DNA of 57,323 nt, filler included, from Sphacelaria rigidula (taxonomy: Eukaryota), in assembly GCA_964200075.2 (NCBI GenBank). It is 6 parts of 6 records of this genome, joined end to end, with 100 filler letters (N's around TTAATTAATTAA, not from the genome) between each part and the next. Parts side by side here need not be neighbours in the genome. Positions count along the whole stretch, not along the records: positions 1 to 9,471 come from CAXNAA020008417.1; positions 9,572 to 19,042 come from CAXNAA020008418.1; 4 more parts are not named here. One strand, 5' to 3'. Positions 1 to 12,326 of the stretch are shown here, in pieces. The notes under the pieces are model-generated. The model was not told the DNA's origin. It was given only the letters and a program-made list of their open reading frames with translations, and did no database searches. The stretch's first letter is position 1. The number at the start of each line of letters is the position of its first letter. The translations under genes and the position numbers were made by a program.

Positions 1-904
1 ATTTGTTGCTTGCCTTAGTCGTTTGACCATTGACCACGCATCCCTTTCGAGACGGAGCAGCTGGTTTTGGGGGGGGGCTATCGTAGAAAGTGTCTTGGCG
101 GGCAATTTGTTTTTGTACTTACACGCGCGACACGATGTTTATTTTTATTTGCGGGCGTTAAAGGGACGTAAGCAAATCCGCCACTCACATCACCGCCCGC
201 AGACTTCTTTAGATTCAGAACAAGGTCTCAGTGCTTGCTCCCAAAAGGCTTCCTCCCTGGAAGGGCTTCAGAGACTTCAAGACAGAGCAGTTTTACAAAC
301 AGTTGTCTTCGTTAAACCGGTAGATGACTCTTGCACCTCGCCGCACACACATAATATGCCAAGCAGTCATAGTCACACTCCAGCGAATATCCCATGACCA
401 AGTCTCATGTAACCTCATATCTAGCTTATCATGTACCTGCATGTGTACTGGACGTGGACTACTCTACACGCCACATGATGTATGTGTAAATATTGTTTTA
501 ATCTTCGGACATATTATATGTGTTTCCTTCCTTTTGTTTTCACTCGGCTTTCTCTTTGCTCTCTATTTCTCCATTTTGCATTTCCTCCCGTTGGTCAAAT
601 TCCCGTTGGTAAGTGTTTTAGTTCATTTGCCTTAGGCACGACTATTTTTTAACTCGCCACGACGATATTGGTACTACATCACTTCACGCGCGACAACTAA
701 CCAGTCACTCAACGGGCCATATGCATGTGAAACCGTTCCTGAGGTCGGCTGCATGATGAGTTGAAGTTATTCATCATGACATGCAGTCAGTATTACCTAG
801 TTAAACGCGTGAAAAAGTTTGAAAGAAGGATGCGGGATAACAGTGGTGTGACATTTTGCTCTCGCCGCATGGTACATGAAGGCGGCACATTGTAGGGGGG
901 GTGT

Positions 905-1075
905 GGAGGGTCGTCGCAGGGGGTTCTAAACCCTGTAGAGGGTCGCCAGAGGGTAGTAAGAGGATTCTATATCTTGTAGAGGGTCGCCAGAGGGTTCTAT
1001 ACCTTGTAGAACATCGCCAGAGGGCCATAAGAGGGTTCTGCACCTCGTAGAGGGTCGCCACAGGGTCTCCGCCTT
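905..1075. repeat. Degenerate minisatellite, ~30-41 bp units, ~5 copies
   Basis: Recurring AGAGGGTCGCCAGAGGG...TTCTATACCTTGT motif. Confidence 0.8.
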
Positions 1076-3177
1076 CAGAATGTGTTTCGAGGGTATAGCA
1101 AAGTGTCCACCTGTGAAGAGTCCGTCCATCACTCGAAAGCTCCCGCACAACCGAAGAGAAGATACTTGAAGAATCAGATTTCATCATTTCGGCGGAAAAT
1201 GATGGCTAGTTTTTCAGCAAAACGGGACACACCTGATTCCCCAAACTTCGTGAATAGTAACTTCGTCGGATCGTCTTCTCGTCCATCGCGTAAACTACCG
1301 ATCACTGATAACTCCGCGGTGAAGACAGAACGCCGCAATACCGCCATTATTATTATTACTGACTTGGTTTCCTACCCATCGAATAGAGTACCGAAGTCGT
1401 CTCGACCAAAAAAGCATGTGTACAAGACGTGTGACAAACCTTGGTGTAGAAAGCGATCCACAAACCAGCTGACATCAGCTGAATCCTATCGTGATCTGTG
1501 ATCCTCCATCCTATGAAACCACTAAAAATTCACCTCCTGTACACGGAACAAAATTCACGCTCGTTTGTTTGCCCCCCCCCTATCCCAACCCCTCCTGGCG
1601 ACTCCTTCTTTAGCCCCCACCCCCCCCCGCCGCCCGGTTCCCTACACCGTAGATGACGGAGGAAAACACCCCGGCGATACGGAATCCAGTATCGATTTGT
1701 TGTGAACTGCAGCGTTTTACCCCCACCAATGAAAAGTGTGTGGCCGGGCTTGTCTCCTCGAGATCCTTCCGAACACAGAATTCTTCATTTATTTGGCTGC
1801 ATGTGTGAGAGTAGCCGAACTTCCTCTTTTTGGAAGGGAAACAGAGCTCCGGCTTCTCGTCGTTTCATATGACTGCGTATTCCCCGACCTAGCATAGTAC
1901 GGTCCCTACTTTCTTCCCGACTCAGCAGCTCCAATATTGAAGAGTTTCGGAAAACGCTTTTTTGTCATTCAGAGTGCAAATATCTCAGCATCAGAGGGTA
2001 CGGAAACATTATTTCCCCCTCCGTCAAATGTGGTATCCCCTCAATTTTGTCCCGATGAGGTTTTCTTTTTCACTCTGCACTCTGGTCTTGAGATATTTGC
2101 ACTCTGGAATGACGAAAAAAGCGTTTTTCCGAAACCCTCTATTTCCGGCTGTATCCGACGATGGATAATCGGAAATATGCAAAGTTATTCCACACCTCGG
2201 GCATTGGGTGGTACAACACTTGACAATAGGCTCGGTGTTTGCGCAGTACATTTTTTCTTTATATTGCAACTATTGCACCACCTGTTGTCGAACGCTGCCA
2301 CGATAGCCTCCCCCCCCCCCCCCAAAAAAGGCCTGGTTTGACAAGGCTAAATATACACGGAAGTTAAGATGACAGAAGCCGAGCACACCCAGGAGCTGGG
2401 ACACGCTTGGGATCGTTTCCGCCAATGCCGCCCTTATGAGGCGCTCAACGTACTCTGAAGCTAGCTTTCACACGCTGCAGGGCCATTTACTTCGTGACAG
2501 GTTCGGGGCTTTTTTGGAGGGGCTATCGCGGCATCACTCTGCCCAAGATGTGATTTATTGACATTCATGTGACCGTTTGCCACGCAACACTAGTCGTTCG
2601 CTACGTACCCAAGGAAAAGGTGGAGTACGACATCATCTGTAAATTCTCCACGCCATGGCTTGATATAAGACAACAAGAAGTTTTCTGTATGCTTCTGTGA
2701 AAATGTCTCGAGCTGACGTGGTCGGTGGCTCTCCCCTTTTTGAAGTAGACGCCGCGAGAGTGAGATCACATAAACGTAGCGTGATTCGTATGGGCCCTGC
2801 GCACCGGCAACGCGCCTCCCCCCCCCCCTGCCCTCCCCCGGTAAATTCCGTATGTAGCTCATACGCACGCATGGCGCACATTGTAGCACATCCTACGCAC
2901 AGACGCAGAGAGACAAACACACACATGCATATCCTCCCATTCCATCGATATACTTCTCAATTCCAATTCCGTGCACGAGAATCCATCAGTACCCAATGGG
3001 GCTTCAATCCATCAAATCCGCTCAGAGCTGGTTATTCTCTAAACGATGCTACTAGGCATGTATGATGAGTAGTTACGTGTACGTATTTCACTCGACATTA
3101 AGCTAGGGTATTAACGTTAGGACGGGGTTTGGGTTCCACGGATCAAACGTTTATTGTACCCCCGCATCCGTGTGCAG

Positions 3178-3286
3178 GTTCCCCTGGACTTGCTGACCGA
3201 CATGCATTTCCTGTTCGGGCCGTCATCTTGTGAGGGCCTTGGAAGGCCCACCACCGATCATCCTACCCAAGCAACAGGAAGTGGTG
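3178..3286 (+). CDS. Internal exon of a probable STAND/AAA_16 (ADCY10-like) protein: VPLDLLTDMHFLFGP...
   Basis: TGTGCAG acceptor and GTGAGG donor; 109 nt ending in phase 1, which fits the next exon. 'xLDLLxxxH' resembles the segment following LKxASVIG in these proteins. Confidence 0.5.
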
Positions 3287-3444
3287 GTGAGGGGAGAGGA
3301 TACAAATGAGTCAGATTCTTTCTCGATCAGTCTCTGTCTCTATTTTGATTTTTTTTCATTTTTTTTTTCTTCTGTTGTCTTTTGTACATGTTCTATTCAT
3401 CCATGGTTCTGTGTTTCCCAAAAGTACAAATATGACAACACGAA

Positions 3445-3460
3445 CAGCAGCAGCAGCAGC

Positions 3461-3497
<37 letters not shown>

Positions 3498-3527
3498 GCA
3501 AGCAGCAGCAGCAGCAGCAACAACAAC
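3445..3527. repeat. Compound (CAG)n/(CAA)n microsatellite in an intron
   Basis: Directly visible; lies between the exons at 3178-3286 and 3815-4017. Confidence 0.95.
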
Positions 3528-3814
3528 GAGACCCCCAATCGGACGTCTTTACTGCTAAAAGAGATCACTGCTATCATCCCGCAACTATGCTCGGAAATGG
3601 CTTGTGTGCACATGTGTACCCCGAAGCACACATGCATATGTATATGTGCAAACGTGTTTTCTTTCGATCGGTCCCGCTAGGTTGATCGCTGCTGCTGCAG
3701 CTGCTGCCAAATGTGGAGCAAGCTAAGTACACAGCTATCTAGTTGCTAAGCCCCGCTCAGCCATTTTCTAAACCCTGCCCGACCGGAAACATACACCACA
3801 CGATAACATATCAG

Positions 3815-4017
3815 ATGACCTGTCCACGACTCTCAGCGCATCGTACAGTCAACGTGGGAGTTTTGGGGCAGCTGACGTCGACGCACAGATTAACACCCTG
3901 ATCCGAGTGGGGTTGCTGGAGAGGAGCTCCTCGGAGTCTGTAAGGTTCGTGGCGAGGTATATGATGACCGTGATCTACGATATGATTCTTCATTCGCGGA
4001 GGGAGGATATGCACAAG
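3815..4017 (+). CDS. Internal exon of the probable STAND/AAA_16 (ADCY10-like) protein: ...QINTLIRVGLLERSSSESVRFVARYMMTVIYDMILHSRREDMHK
   Basis: TCAG acceptor, open frame, AAG|GCAAGC GC-type donor. Peptide fits the LxxLxxxGLL...xFxHxxxxxxxYxxxLxxxRxxLH winged-helix pattern. Confidence 0.6.
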
Positions 4018-5750
4018 GCAAGCAAAAAAACATGCAGCATGTGTGTGTGTGATGGGGTGAGGGACGGGAGGCGGGGGAGTGGAGGGGTGGGAATATGAAC
4101 GCAGCTGATTTGTCATTGTATATGCGTTTGTTTGCTGGTGTGTGCTTGTGTGCTAGCGTGTCTTTAGTTCACGTATATATGGTTTTAATGTTTGGGGCAC
4201 ACGTTGCAACACGTTCCGTATAGTGTTCGATGAGCGTGGGAAACGAAACCAATCTACATATCCACACACACATACATGACACGACGACAGATGTTCTGAT
4301 ATTTTCTATGACCACGATCATGATTATCAGATACCTCGAACCTCTGTATACTTCCTAGGGCTCAAAAATGGTACTAGTTATGACTGGTCATTTTCATGAT
4401 CATGGCAGCAATGGTATGGTTATGTGAAAGTTTTGGATACTAGTCTCAAACCATTGTTTACCGTTACCGGCTTTACAAGCCGTTACCGGCTACGTACGCT
4501 ACATACCGCCCTTGCAAATTGGCCCAAAGTCAACGTATTGTTTTGCTCTAGTGAAGCCAAATCGCGTAAAAACGTACTTCCGACACGGCGCCTCCAGCGG
4601 GGCCCTCCGGGGGCGCCTCCGGTGCACCCCTCCTCTGCTGGGGGAGGCTTTTGGCTCGCGGCTGCGCCGCTCGATGGCCAAACCATCATGTACCATTTAA
4701 CCGATTAATGAGTGCGATAAGTGTAACCATTCAGCTGATTAATGGCTGGACAAACCATTTCCGAGCTGTAACACTTCTACATGTATCTGCCTTGGTACTG
4801 GGTTTTGTCCCCTAAGCTACCCCATGCCAAGAAAGGTGCCGACTGTTGCCCCACCGTGGCTCCTGCGAGTAACGGCTGGGAAACATAAACACTCGCTCCT
4901 CTCGTGAGGTGGCTCTCCGCAACCGTTTGCGCAGTTTCACCTCCTGCGACGAGAAGCAGCGTGCTGCGAGCTCGTCGTTTGTCCAAGAATTTGATAACTA
5001 CTACCCTACCCCACCCTAGGGTGCGATAATTGCTCGACAGTAATTGCGCAATTTTCAGAGCGGGCTGTTGGTAAATAAATCACCAAGGGCAAGCAAGGCG
5101 CAACGGCTCCAAAAAAGCCCACCCAAACTAGACCGAACCGAACGGCATTCCGCAGCGGCGTACAAGTTTCACTCAAAAAAGCCGGCCCGTGTACGCGCAG
5201 GGTATGAGACAAAAATAATCACGGAATGTGTAGAATATCGAGTATTCTGTCAACCGATCGAAATCACCGCTACTTACCATCACGAGGGAACAACCACCGG
5301 AGCGGATATCCGTGATATCAGCAGTTATCCCGGCGTATTAATTCCATGAGTCTTGTCTTATCGTACTTGTTTTCTCCGCTCCCTCTACTATCGGAACGAG
5401 TTGGTTCTACTTTCAAGGCTCAGTTCATCTTCCCGCCGGTACTTGGCTTCTCTTTAGTTTCGGGCAGCTGGATCAACACTCCTGTCCACACCCCTCAAAC
5501 TTATCTTCATAGTGTTTCATAAGTAAGATCTTATTGCTTTTTTTTGCGGCTCGCTCACGTCGTCGCGTTTTCCAACAGCAGCGAAAACCAGAAAAAAACC
5601 AAAACAAACCCGATCTACCGTCGGGATATCAACTCACAATTTTCCCCCCGAAAATAGTGAGCAGCGCCAATGTACTCATTTCATCACTGTCTACCTAATG
5701 ACAAGTATACATGAATGACTACCTGTCCAACATCACAACGTGTGCCGCAG

Positions 5751-5831
5751 GAGATCGTGGTGTGGTACGCCAGAAACAAGACACTCAACGACCTACGCCC
5801 CCGCTTGCGCTTCCTGGGCGAGCATGCCATG
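5751..5831 (+). CDS. Internal exon of the same gene: EIVVWYARNKTLNDLRPRLRFLGEHAM
   Basis: CCGCAG acceptor and G|GTGAGT donor; 81 nt, phase 0/0. Continues the motif as 'HxxIxxWY...L.xH'. Confidence 0.65.
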
Positions 5832-6859
5832 GTGAGTACCTGTAGGTTATATAAAGTGTACCACCATTAGGAGATGACAGGGTTTTGACCACGAAAATCT
5901 TGTCACTTGGGGGGTATTCTTCAGGGGTGGATGTACAACGCACATGGATATGGCAGTGGAGGCGTCGGCAATGGTCAAAACCTACTAGCGAACTATTATC
6001 CAGGGGTGTTGCATAGACGATACAGTTATACGGGTACTGACATGGTGCCAAATATAGTCGAATATCAATCATCGGGAGGTGGTATTGACGAGGGGGGGAG
6101 CGGTGATGTGCGATAGCCCGCGATACAATACTGGGGATACCGACAGAACTGAATGACCGCGTGTATATAACATTTGAACAGTACATGTGGATATATATCA
6201 CACCCTGGATAGTAGGCAAAAGACGTTGCAATGGCAAAATAGTCTTTCGCGATGGACGCCAATATTCTCGTCGGCAATGGCTGTCGATCGTCGGGTTCTC
6301 TGGCTATTTACGTCGGCAATGTCTTTCAATTGCCCGGGCAGCAGTCTGTTGTGACCCTACACCGGAAGCTATTGCGGACGGCCAAATATATCGAAGTATG
6401 GCTTACCAAATCGGTTGATGACGGCAAAAATGGCTATGGATAGATACATCCCAAAATCTACTACGGTTCGTCGCCGCACCTACAATGCAACATATCACGT
6501 ATGGAAAATATGCTCTGTTAAAGTATGGTAGAGTGGTCGCAGTTGAGCATGCGGTGAGTATATGATGATACTGTTAATACTTGTGAAAAAGTGACGTCAT
6601 GACTCTACAGACTCGAAACGGCTGTATTTTGTGGAAAATCGCGACATGTGTGGAGAGAGATGCACGAGTTCAACTGTGGGTGTGCTGTTGGTACTCAGGC
6701 TTCTCCCTCTGATGGACAAAAGCGCTCAGAGTACTTCCGTGCGTGGGAGACATGTTTTCATACCCTCGACAGTAGACTGTGTAGTAGGACATTACGGCCA
6801 CGATAACCCCGAAAAGGGGGCTGTCAACATCCATTTTAAGCTACAATCGACTGGTATCA

Positions 6860-7116
6860 GAGCAATGCTACGGTAGGGTTGCCCTTTTTGGCGCGAAAGT
6901 TTGTCAGGTTGAGGGCCTCCTAAAGATTCTACATGCACAAGAATATGGGTCAGGGCACCCCCGTTTGCATATTCATTCGGGATATCGCTAGCACATTGGA
7001 ATATTTCATAATCTTGGCGTACTCTCACATATTTCATAAATCGTGTTTTGGATGAGATACAGGGCTCCTGACAATTCCTACCTCACAAAATATTTGTGCA
7101 CCCCTACCGTAGCATC
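6860..7116. mobile_element. ~250-bp MITE, PIF/Harbinger-like termini (family A, copy 1)
   Basis: TIR ATGCTACGGTAGGG...CCCTACCGTAGCAT; four homologous copies in the window. Confidence 0.85.
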
Positions 7117-7534
7117 TAATGGTCTGATGACTTTGGCTTGCATGATCATGAGTACACCCTACCGTAGCATCCCTCATCACTTTCTAGTGATGGCTGTTGT
7201 AGACAACAATGGATTCGGGGCAAGGGACAGAATGTGTCGTTGCCGTGACAACGGAGCGGCCGAGTCGCCCATTGATGTATAATATTTTCGCCAACAGTCT
7301 CTAAATTGCGACCACCGTTGTCTATAGTTGGTCACAGTAGTCTGAAACGCTGCCACGAATGTATATATATATATATATTACTGATAGCGATGGGAGCTGA
7401 ATGAGCGTCGATCAATGGCTAGTGATACACATTTTCAAGCGGATTTTCCACCTTTCACAAAAACTGTTGTCAAGCTACCGGCTCGGGCAGTTGCGTGTGT
7501 ATGTGTTAGGCGTACTGTCGTTGACGCCGCATAG

Positions 7535-7978
7535 AACAGCCGATCATCGAAATTGAGGTTGGAGCTTTTCATTGAGGATGAGAACCCAGAGAATTTCAAT
7601 CTTCGTATCCAGACCGGATCTTCGAAATCTGGTTCCATTCCCTCACCCACGGGTAGCTATTGACTAGTACTACACGTCATACAAATTTGGATTTCGATAA
7701 CCGAAATGTTGGGGTCCTAGGTGAAGAGCCAATTTTTGGGGAAGTTCGGCGATCCGATAGGATCGCCTGAATTCCCCGAAAATGTCTCTTCATCTAGGAC
7801 CCCAACATTTCGGTTATCGAAATTCAAATTTTTACGGGTGTAGTACGTGCTAATAGCTACCGGTAGGTGAACGAATAGAACCATATCTCGAAGATTTGGT
7901 CTGGATACGAAGATTGTAATCCTCCGGGTTCTCATTCTCAATGAAAAGCTCCATCCTCAATTTCGATGATCGGCTGTT
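7535..7978. mobile_element. ~445-bp foldback/palindromic element (arms ~220 bp)
   Basis: AACAGCCGATCATCGAAATTGAGG...CCTCAATTTCGATGATCGGCTGTT; arms are complementary up to a centre near 7751-7764. Confidence 0.9.
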
Positions 7979-8109
7979 ATAGTAAGACCACTGCAGTAGA
8001 CAAGATATATATGAAGAAATGTTTGACTCCAAACCTATTACTGGCGGCATTTCGCTGTCAACAGATGCCCCGTACGAAAATTCATTTTTGACGGCAATAT
8101 CTATCGATC

Positions 8110-8440
8110 GATACTATTTCTCTTTATTTTATTTTATTTTATTTGCTTTGTACTTTCCTCTTGTTTTCCTTTTTCTTGCTTTAGGTCGGCCATTTCTTTC
8201 TGTACTTTGCTTGTGTTGACTGTTTATTACTTTTCTTTGTCACGACTTAGTCTGATATGTCGTTCTGTTCGACCACTCTCTTTTTTTCTTCTTCTGTTCC
8301 CTTTTTTCTGTTTGTGTTCCTTTTTTTTTTCCTTAGAGCGTGTTTGAGTTTCGTTTTTCTTGGGTACGTCTATCATGAGACCACGGCTGGACCCCGGGGG
8401 GGTCAGTTAAAGTGCGACAATCAAAATCAATCAAAATCAG
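8110..8440 (+). mobile_element. Retroposon (LINE/SINE) 3' end: T-rich tract, conserved core and (AATC)n-like tail
   Basis: GGGTACGTCTATCATGAGACC...GTGCGACAATCAAAATCAATC, shared with copies near 22170-22385, 24745-24970, 41580-41900 and 46650-46930. Confidence 0.75.
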
Positions 8441-9471
8441 ATAACCCAAAACCCATTGTTGGCGGCAAAGGCTATCGATAAAATATTTGCCAAATCTATT
8501 GATGATGGCGACCACTTCCGATACGTGGTTCGCCAAATCTACTGATGACGGCAATGATTATCGCTAGATACATCCCAGAACCCATTGCGAGGTGTAATAT
8601 CCATCCATGACCAGTTCTCTTACTCTATTGTCATTGCAATAGACTGCTGATCGACACCTACAGCCTCCATTGTCCCTTGCATTACATGTAAGTTGATGTG
8701 TTTGCTATCTACTACTGCGTTCAACAGTATACATGAATACATTATCCCCCGCGTCTAGCGTTAAAGTCGTTGACTATTGTTTCGCCCATTTTCCAGGCTG
8801 TGAAATAAATCTCTCTCTCTCCATATATATATATATATATTATGTATATATATATTCACCGTTTCGTTCTCGAGGTGTGGCGTGTTGAGCGAATCGAACA
8901 CATACTGTATCACCACAGAAGTACGTGTACCTCTGACGCATGTACCATTGTAACCAAACCTCTTGTGAACAGTTTCATTGTCGTTTTGGTCGCGATCACG
9001 TATTCCTTCATATTTCGTCGTCCATCTCGGCTTTACGGTATCTTCGCTCAAGTTGTGAGCCGATTCATCCGAAGGGGGGGCGAGAGCCAGGCTACGATTT
9101 CACACCCGTGTGTGGGTCGGATTGCTTGCTGGTTGTTGACTCTGCGCTGTCTTTTGGTTGTAATCGGAACCAAATCTAGACAGAAACTCGTCTCGCAGCG
9201 TTGCATATCACCGCTGCTGGCCCCTATGAAGACGTTAACCTGAGGTCGGTATAGTACCCCCCCCCCCATCCCGGAATCTGGTTAGACACCCATGAGGCCG
9301 TGTAAAAGCCGTGGCTGTCTCGGGAAGTGGTGATACAAAAAAATGAAGCAGGTCATTGTAGGCTGTCATCCAAATGCAAGGTCATCAATAGGCTTCGGGC
9401 CGAACAGTCTTAGCAGGATGCAGCTCACCCTTCGTGGGACTCGCCGAACACACCACGGCGCTTCGCGCTTG

Positions 9472-9571
9472 NNNNNNNNNNNNNNNNNNNNNNNNNNNNN
9501 NNNNNNNNNNNNNNNTTAATTAATTAANNNNNNNNNNNNNNNNNNNNNNNNNNNNNNNNNNNNNNNNNNNN
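9472..9571. other. Artificial contig spacer N44-TTAATTAATTAA-N44
   Basis: 100-bp spacer containing a six-frame stop linker. Confidence 0.98.
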
Positions 9572-9646
<75 letters not shown>

Positions 9647-9790
9647 GGAACAGAAGAAGAAAAAACAGTAACAGAAAAAAACATTAAAATGGAGAAAGGA
9701 AGAAAAGAAAGAGGTGTCGAAGAAAACGACACAGGAATCTAAGTCGTGACAAAAAAAATTATCTGTACAGTAAAACAAAAGCTTTTCAAG
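9572..9790 (-). mobile_element. Poly-A run plus reverse-orientation part of the same retroposon 3' family
   Basis: Reverse complement matches 8220-8330 (TTTGTCACGACTTAG...TTCGAC...CTTCTGTTCC). Confidence 0.6.
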
Positions 9791-10139
9791 CTAGATAAAT
9801 GCATTGATTGCCTGGACCGCGGTGTAGACCGGTCATATATACATATATGCATACATACGTACACCCGCCTTTGATGGCTGTGGCGAACTGTCTTGTTTGT
9901 CCATGTATACATGTATACATACATAGAACTAAGGGTACCCGACATAATTTTGTCTGCGGAATGCCAGGACGACTCCAGCCGGCGTTCAATCATGTTCATG
10001 ATCTGCTTTGTGTACAGTAGTATGTGCTGTCGTGCGAACGACCAAGCATTTGGAAAATGAAAATTGAAAACAAAATGATAAAAAGACAAGAGAAGATATG
10101 AAGGTATTACGATAAAAAAACGAATGAACGATACACCGT

Positions 10140-10567
10140 AGAGAAAGTAACGTTACACAATCAGATGATGCGCCTACGGTCAAACATACGACGGGCCACC
10201 GTCAGCATCACGTACACGGTAACGTCACGCGAGACACGACACGGTACAACGCCTTATACGCTGGTGAATAAGCCGCGACATGCACAGAATGAAACGTTGC
10301 ATTCGAGCGTTGCACGTGCCATGAATCGTTACATTAGACGCTACACGTTCCATGGAACGTTTCATATTACGTTACATGTAACGAAGCGTGACGTTAAATG
10401 TTTTAACGTGCCGAACGAAACGTGAACGTAACGTTAATTTTCCAAATGAAACGTTAACGTACATAGTCAAAATGTTTCAACGCGCCAAACGAAACATAAC
10501 GTGACCGTTCAAATTTACGAACGTGATAAACGTAACGTGAACGTTAGCGTTTCGCGTGTAGACCCCT
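10140..10567. repeat. AACGT/GTAACG-rich repeat ending in ...GACCCCTG, possibly a one-ended hAT-like MITE
   Basis: Dense AACGT motifs like those in the hAT MITE at 40260-40669; matching left terminus not found. Confidence 0.4.
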
Positions 10568-12095
10568 GAAAAAATGAGCGGTGGAATTGATTCGAGTGAA
10601 TTTCATTCATTTTCAGTTGGTTGGATCCAAGCGAATTTGCAAGCTTATTGCTTTCGATCGAAATTTTTTGTTATTACTATTTTTTTTCGCACATCAAAAT
10701 AAAAAGAGTGAAATTCGTGAAGCAGTACTTGCCCCCTTGTTCTGCAGTACATGCAGTACAGTACCCCCTGCATGTTTTGCATGCAGTGTGTCTGATTGTA
10801 TGTGTCAGTAGAGTTAACCGGCGTTGGGCTACCATATGTCCATGCTTGATTTTACTTGATTTTAGTGTAAAAACAACGAGAACCGAATCTTCAGTGGGGC
10901 TGGCAGTCTCGTGTGCTCCGAGCGTGCGCAGAACGGGTTGTCGTTCAAAGCGCCGCCGCAGGCGCCGATGTGGGGTCTGTCAAGGCCGCAATTTGCCTAG
11001 GGAACCCTATTATATGTACCTCACTTGCCGTACGGTTCTCGGTATGCTGTGTGCGTATTCCATGCAAAAGGATGCAAAAGAGAAGTAGGCGGCGTGCATT
11101 ACAGACAGCGGAGGACTATCTATTCTCTCCGCGTATAATGTAACTTGAAAAGGACATGAACAATGTGTGCAGCTTTGTAATGCCTGCACTGTTGTCCATG
11201 AGCGTGTACGCAAGTCGGTCGCCCACCGTACCCCGCAATTCTGGCGCTGATCCCCACCATAAAAGGAGATGCTCGAGTTTTCGCCAACAAAAAATGAACG
11301 AAGCATACTCAACTATTGCGGTGTGTCTATCCCACCTGTGCTAAAATCGTGCTCTATGCTGAAGGGTTTCGGTGGTCGCTGAGAATGGGTTATGTGGGGT
11401 TTGCGCGGTTCTGTGAACGGGTGGTATCAGCCGTAGTGGTCTGCAAGATGGGAGTCAAGTTCCCCTTCGTACCTTTCCTCCGCAGGTTTTCGATCGAAAA
11501 AGCTCACATGCAGTAGCTTTACTGTTCTTTCCCTTCTTTTATGCACGCCACTAAGTATAAAAAATAGTTGAAGCCAGCTTGGAACAGAAATGCCGTGAAC
11601 CCATCAGAGATCGGGAATTTTCTTTTCCACCGCACTTTCTCGCTCCAAAACAAATGTACTATACTGAAAGATACCCCCTACTCGTGTCTGGTGATATATT
11701 CTCCTCTTTTACACTCTGTCTTTCCTCCGATCATAGCGTGGTCTACATGCACGACTAAAATAACGGGCACACGTCCTGTTTCTCCCTCTTGAACACGTAC
11801 GGACTGACTTGGCTTTGTATCGTCCCTTCGTGCGCCATCAGAATTTTGCTCGGGAGAAGGGACCGTTGCCCCCCTGCCTACTTGACACCACAAATCGATC
11901 TGTCGAGTCTTGCTGTACTTCCGGCGAGAGGAACACACCCTTCTGGGTGCTCCATGTACACGTTTGGGTCCGTGTTTGCTCGTACAAAAACCTGGGTGAC
12001 ATCAAAATGATATAGTGGTCACCTCTCCTGCTGTAGTGCGTGGGAGAACCGCGTGCTTTTCGGACCGCGTCGGAGTTTCAACACCCCTATGGATG

Positions 12096-12141
12096 GGGTT
12101 AGGGTTAGGGTTATGTTAAGGGCTAGGGTTAGGGTTAGGGT
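12096..12141 (+). repeat. Short interstitial telomere-like (TTAGGG)n tract
   Basis: GGGTTAGGGTTAGGGTTATGTTAAGGGCTAGGGTTAGGGTTAGGGT. Confidence 0.85.
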
Positions 12142-12239
12142 CCGGGGCGCGGCCCATGCAGGGACTGGCCCGAGCGGTCTTGAAAACATCGATCCTGGCG
12201 TGTTCAAATTTCGACGCGGTCCATAAAGCACGCGATCCT

Positions 12240-12326
12240 CCCACGCATTGCACTACACTGCAACGGCGATGACCAATACATCGATGTCATGGCTGGAGTG
12301 GCTGCAAACGTCTTGGAATAGTCTGC
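12240..12326 (-). pseudogene. Tiny Ty1/copia reverse transcriptase fragment
   Basis: Reads DYSKTFAATPAMTSM then, after a frameshift, LVIAVAV; matches DYFETFAATPSMASIKLVIAVTV in the copia at 48605. Confidence 0.7.

Larger units (their letters stand above)
6190..8700. mobile_element. Non-autonomous repeat element with ~43-bp internal subrepeats (copy 1), carrying nested insertions
   Basis: Colinear similarity with 42545-44340 (starts TATCACACCCTGGAT; shared CTATTGATGACGGCAATGGCTATCGATAGA units). Boundaries approximate. Confidence 0.7.

Noticed and set aside
3230..3685. PolyQ/N/T ORFs
   Set aside because: They arise from an intronic microsatellite, and the flanking exons splice in phase without them.
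9516..9527. TTAATTAATTAA as a biological motif
   Set aside because: It sits in the middle of every N spacer and is a synthetic six-frame stop linker.
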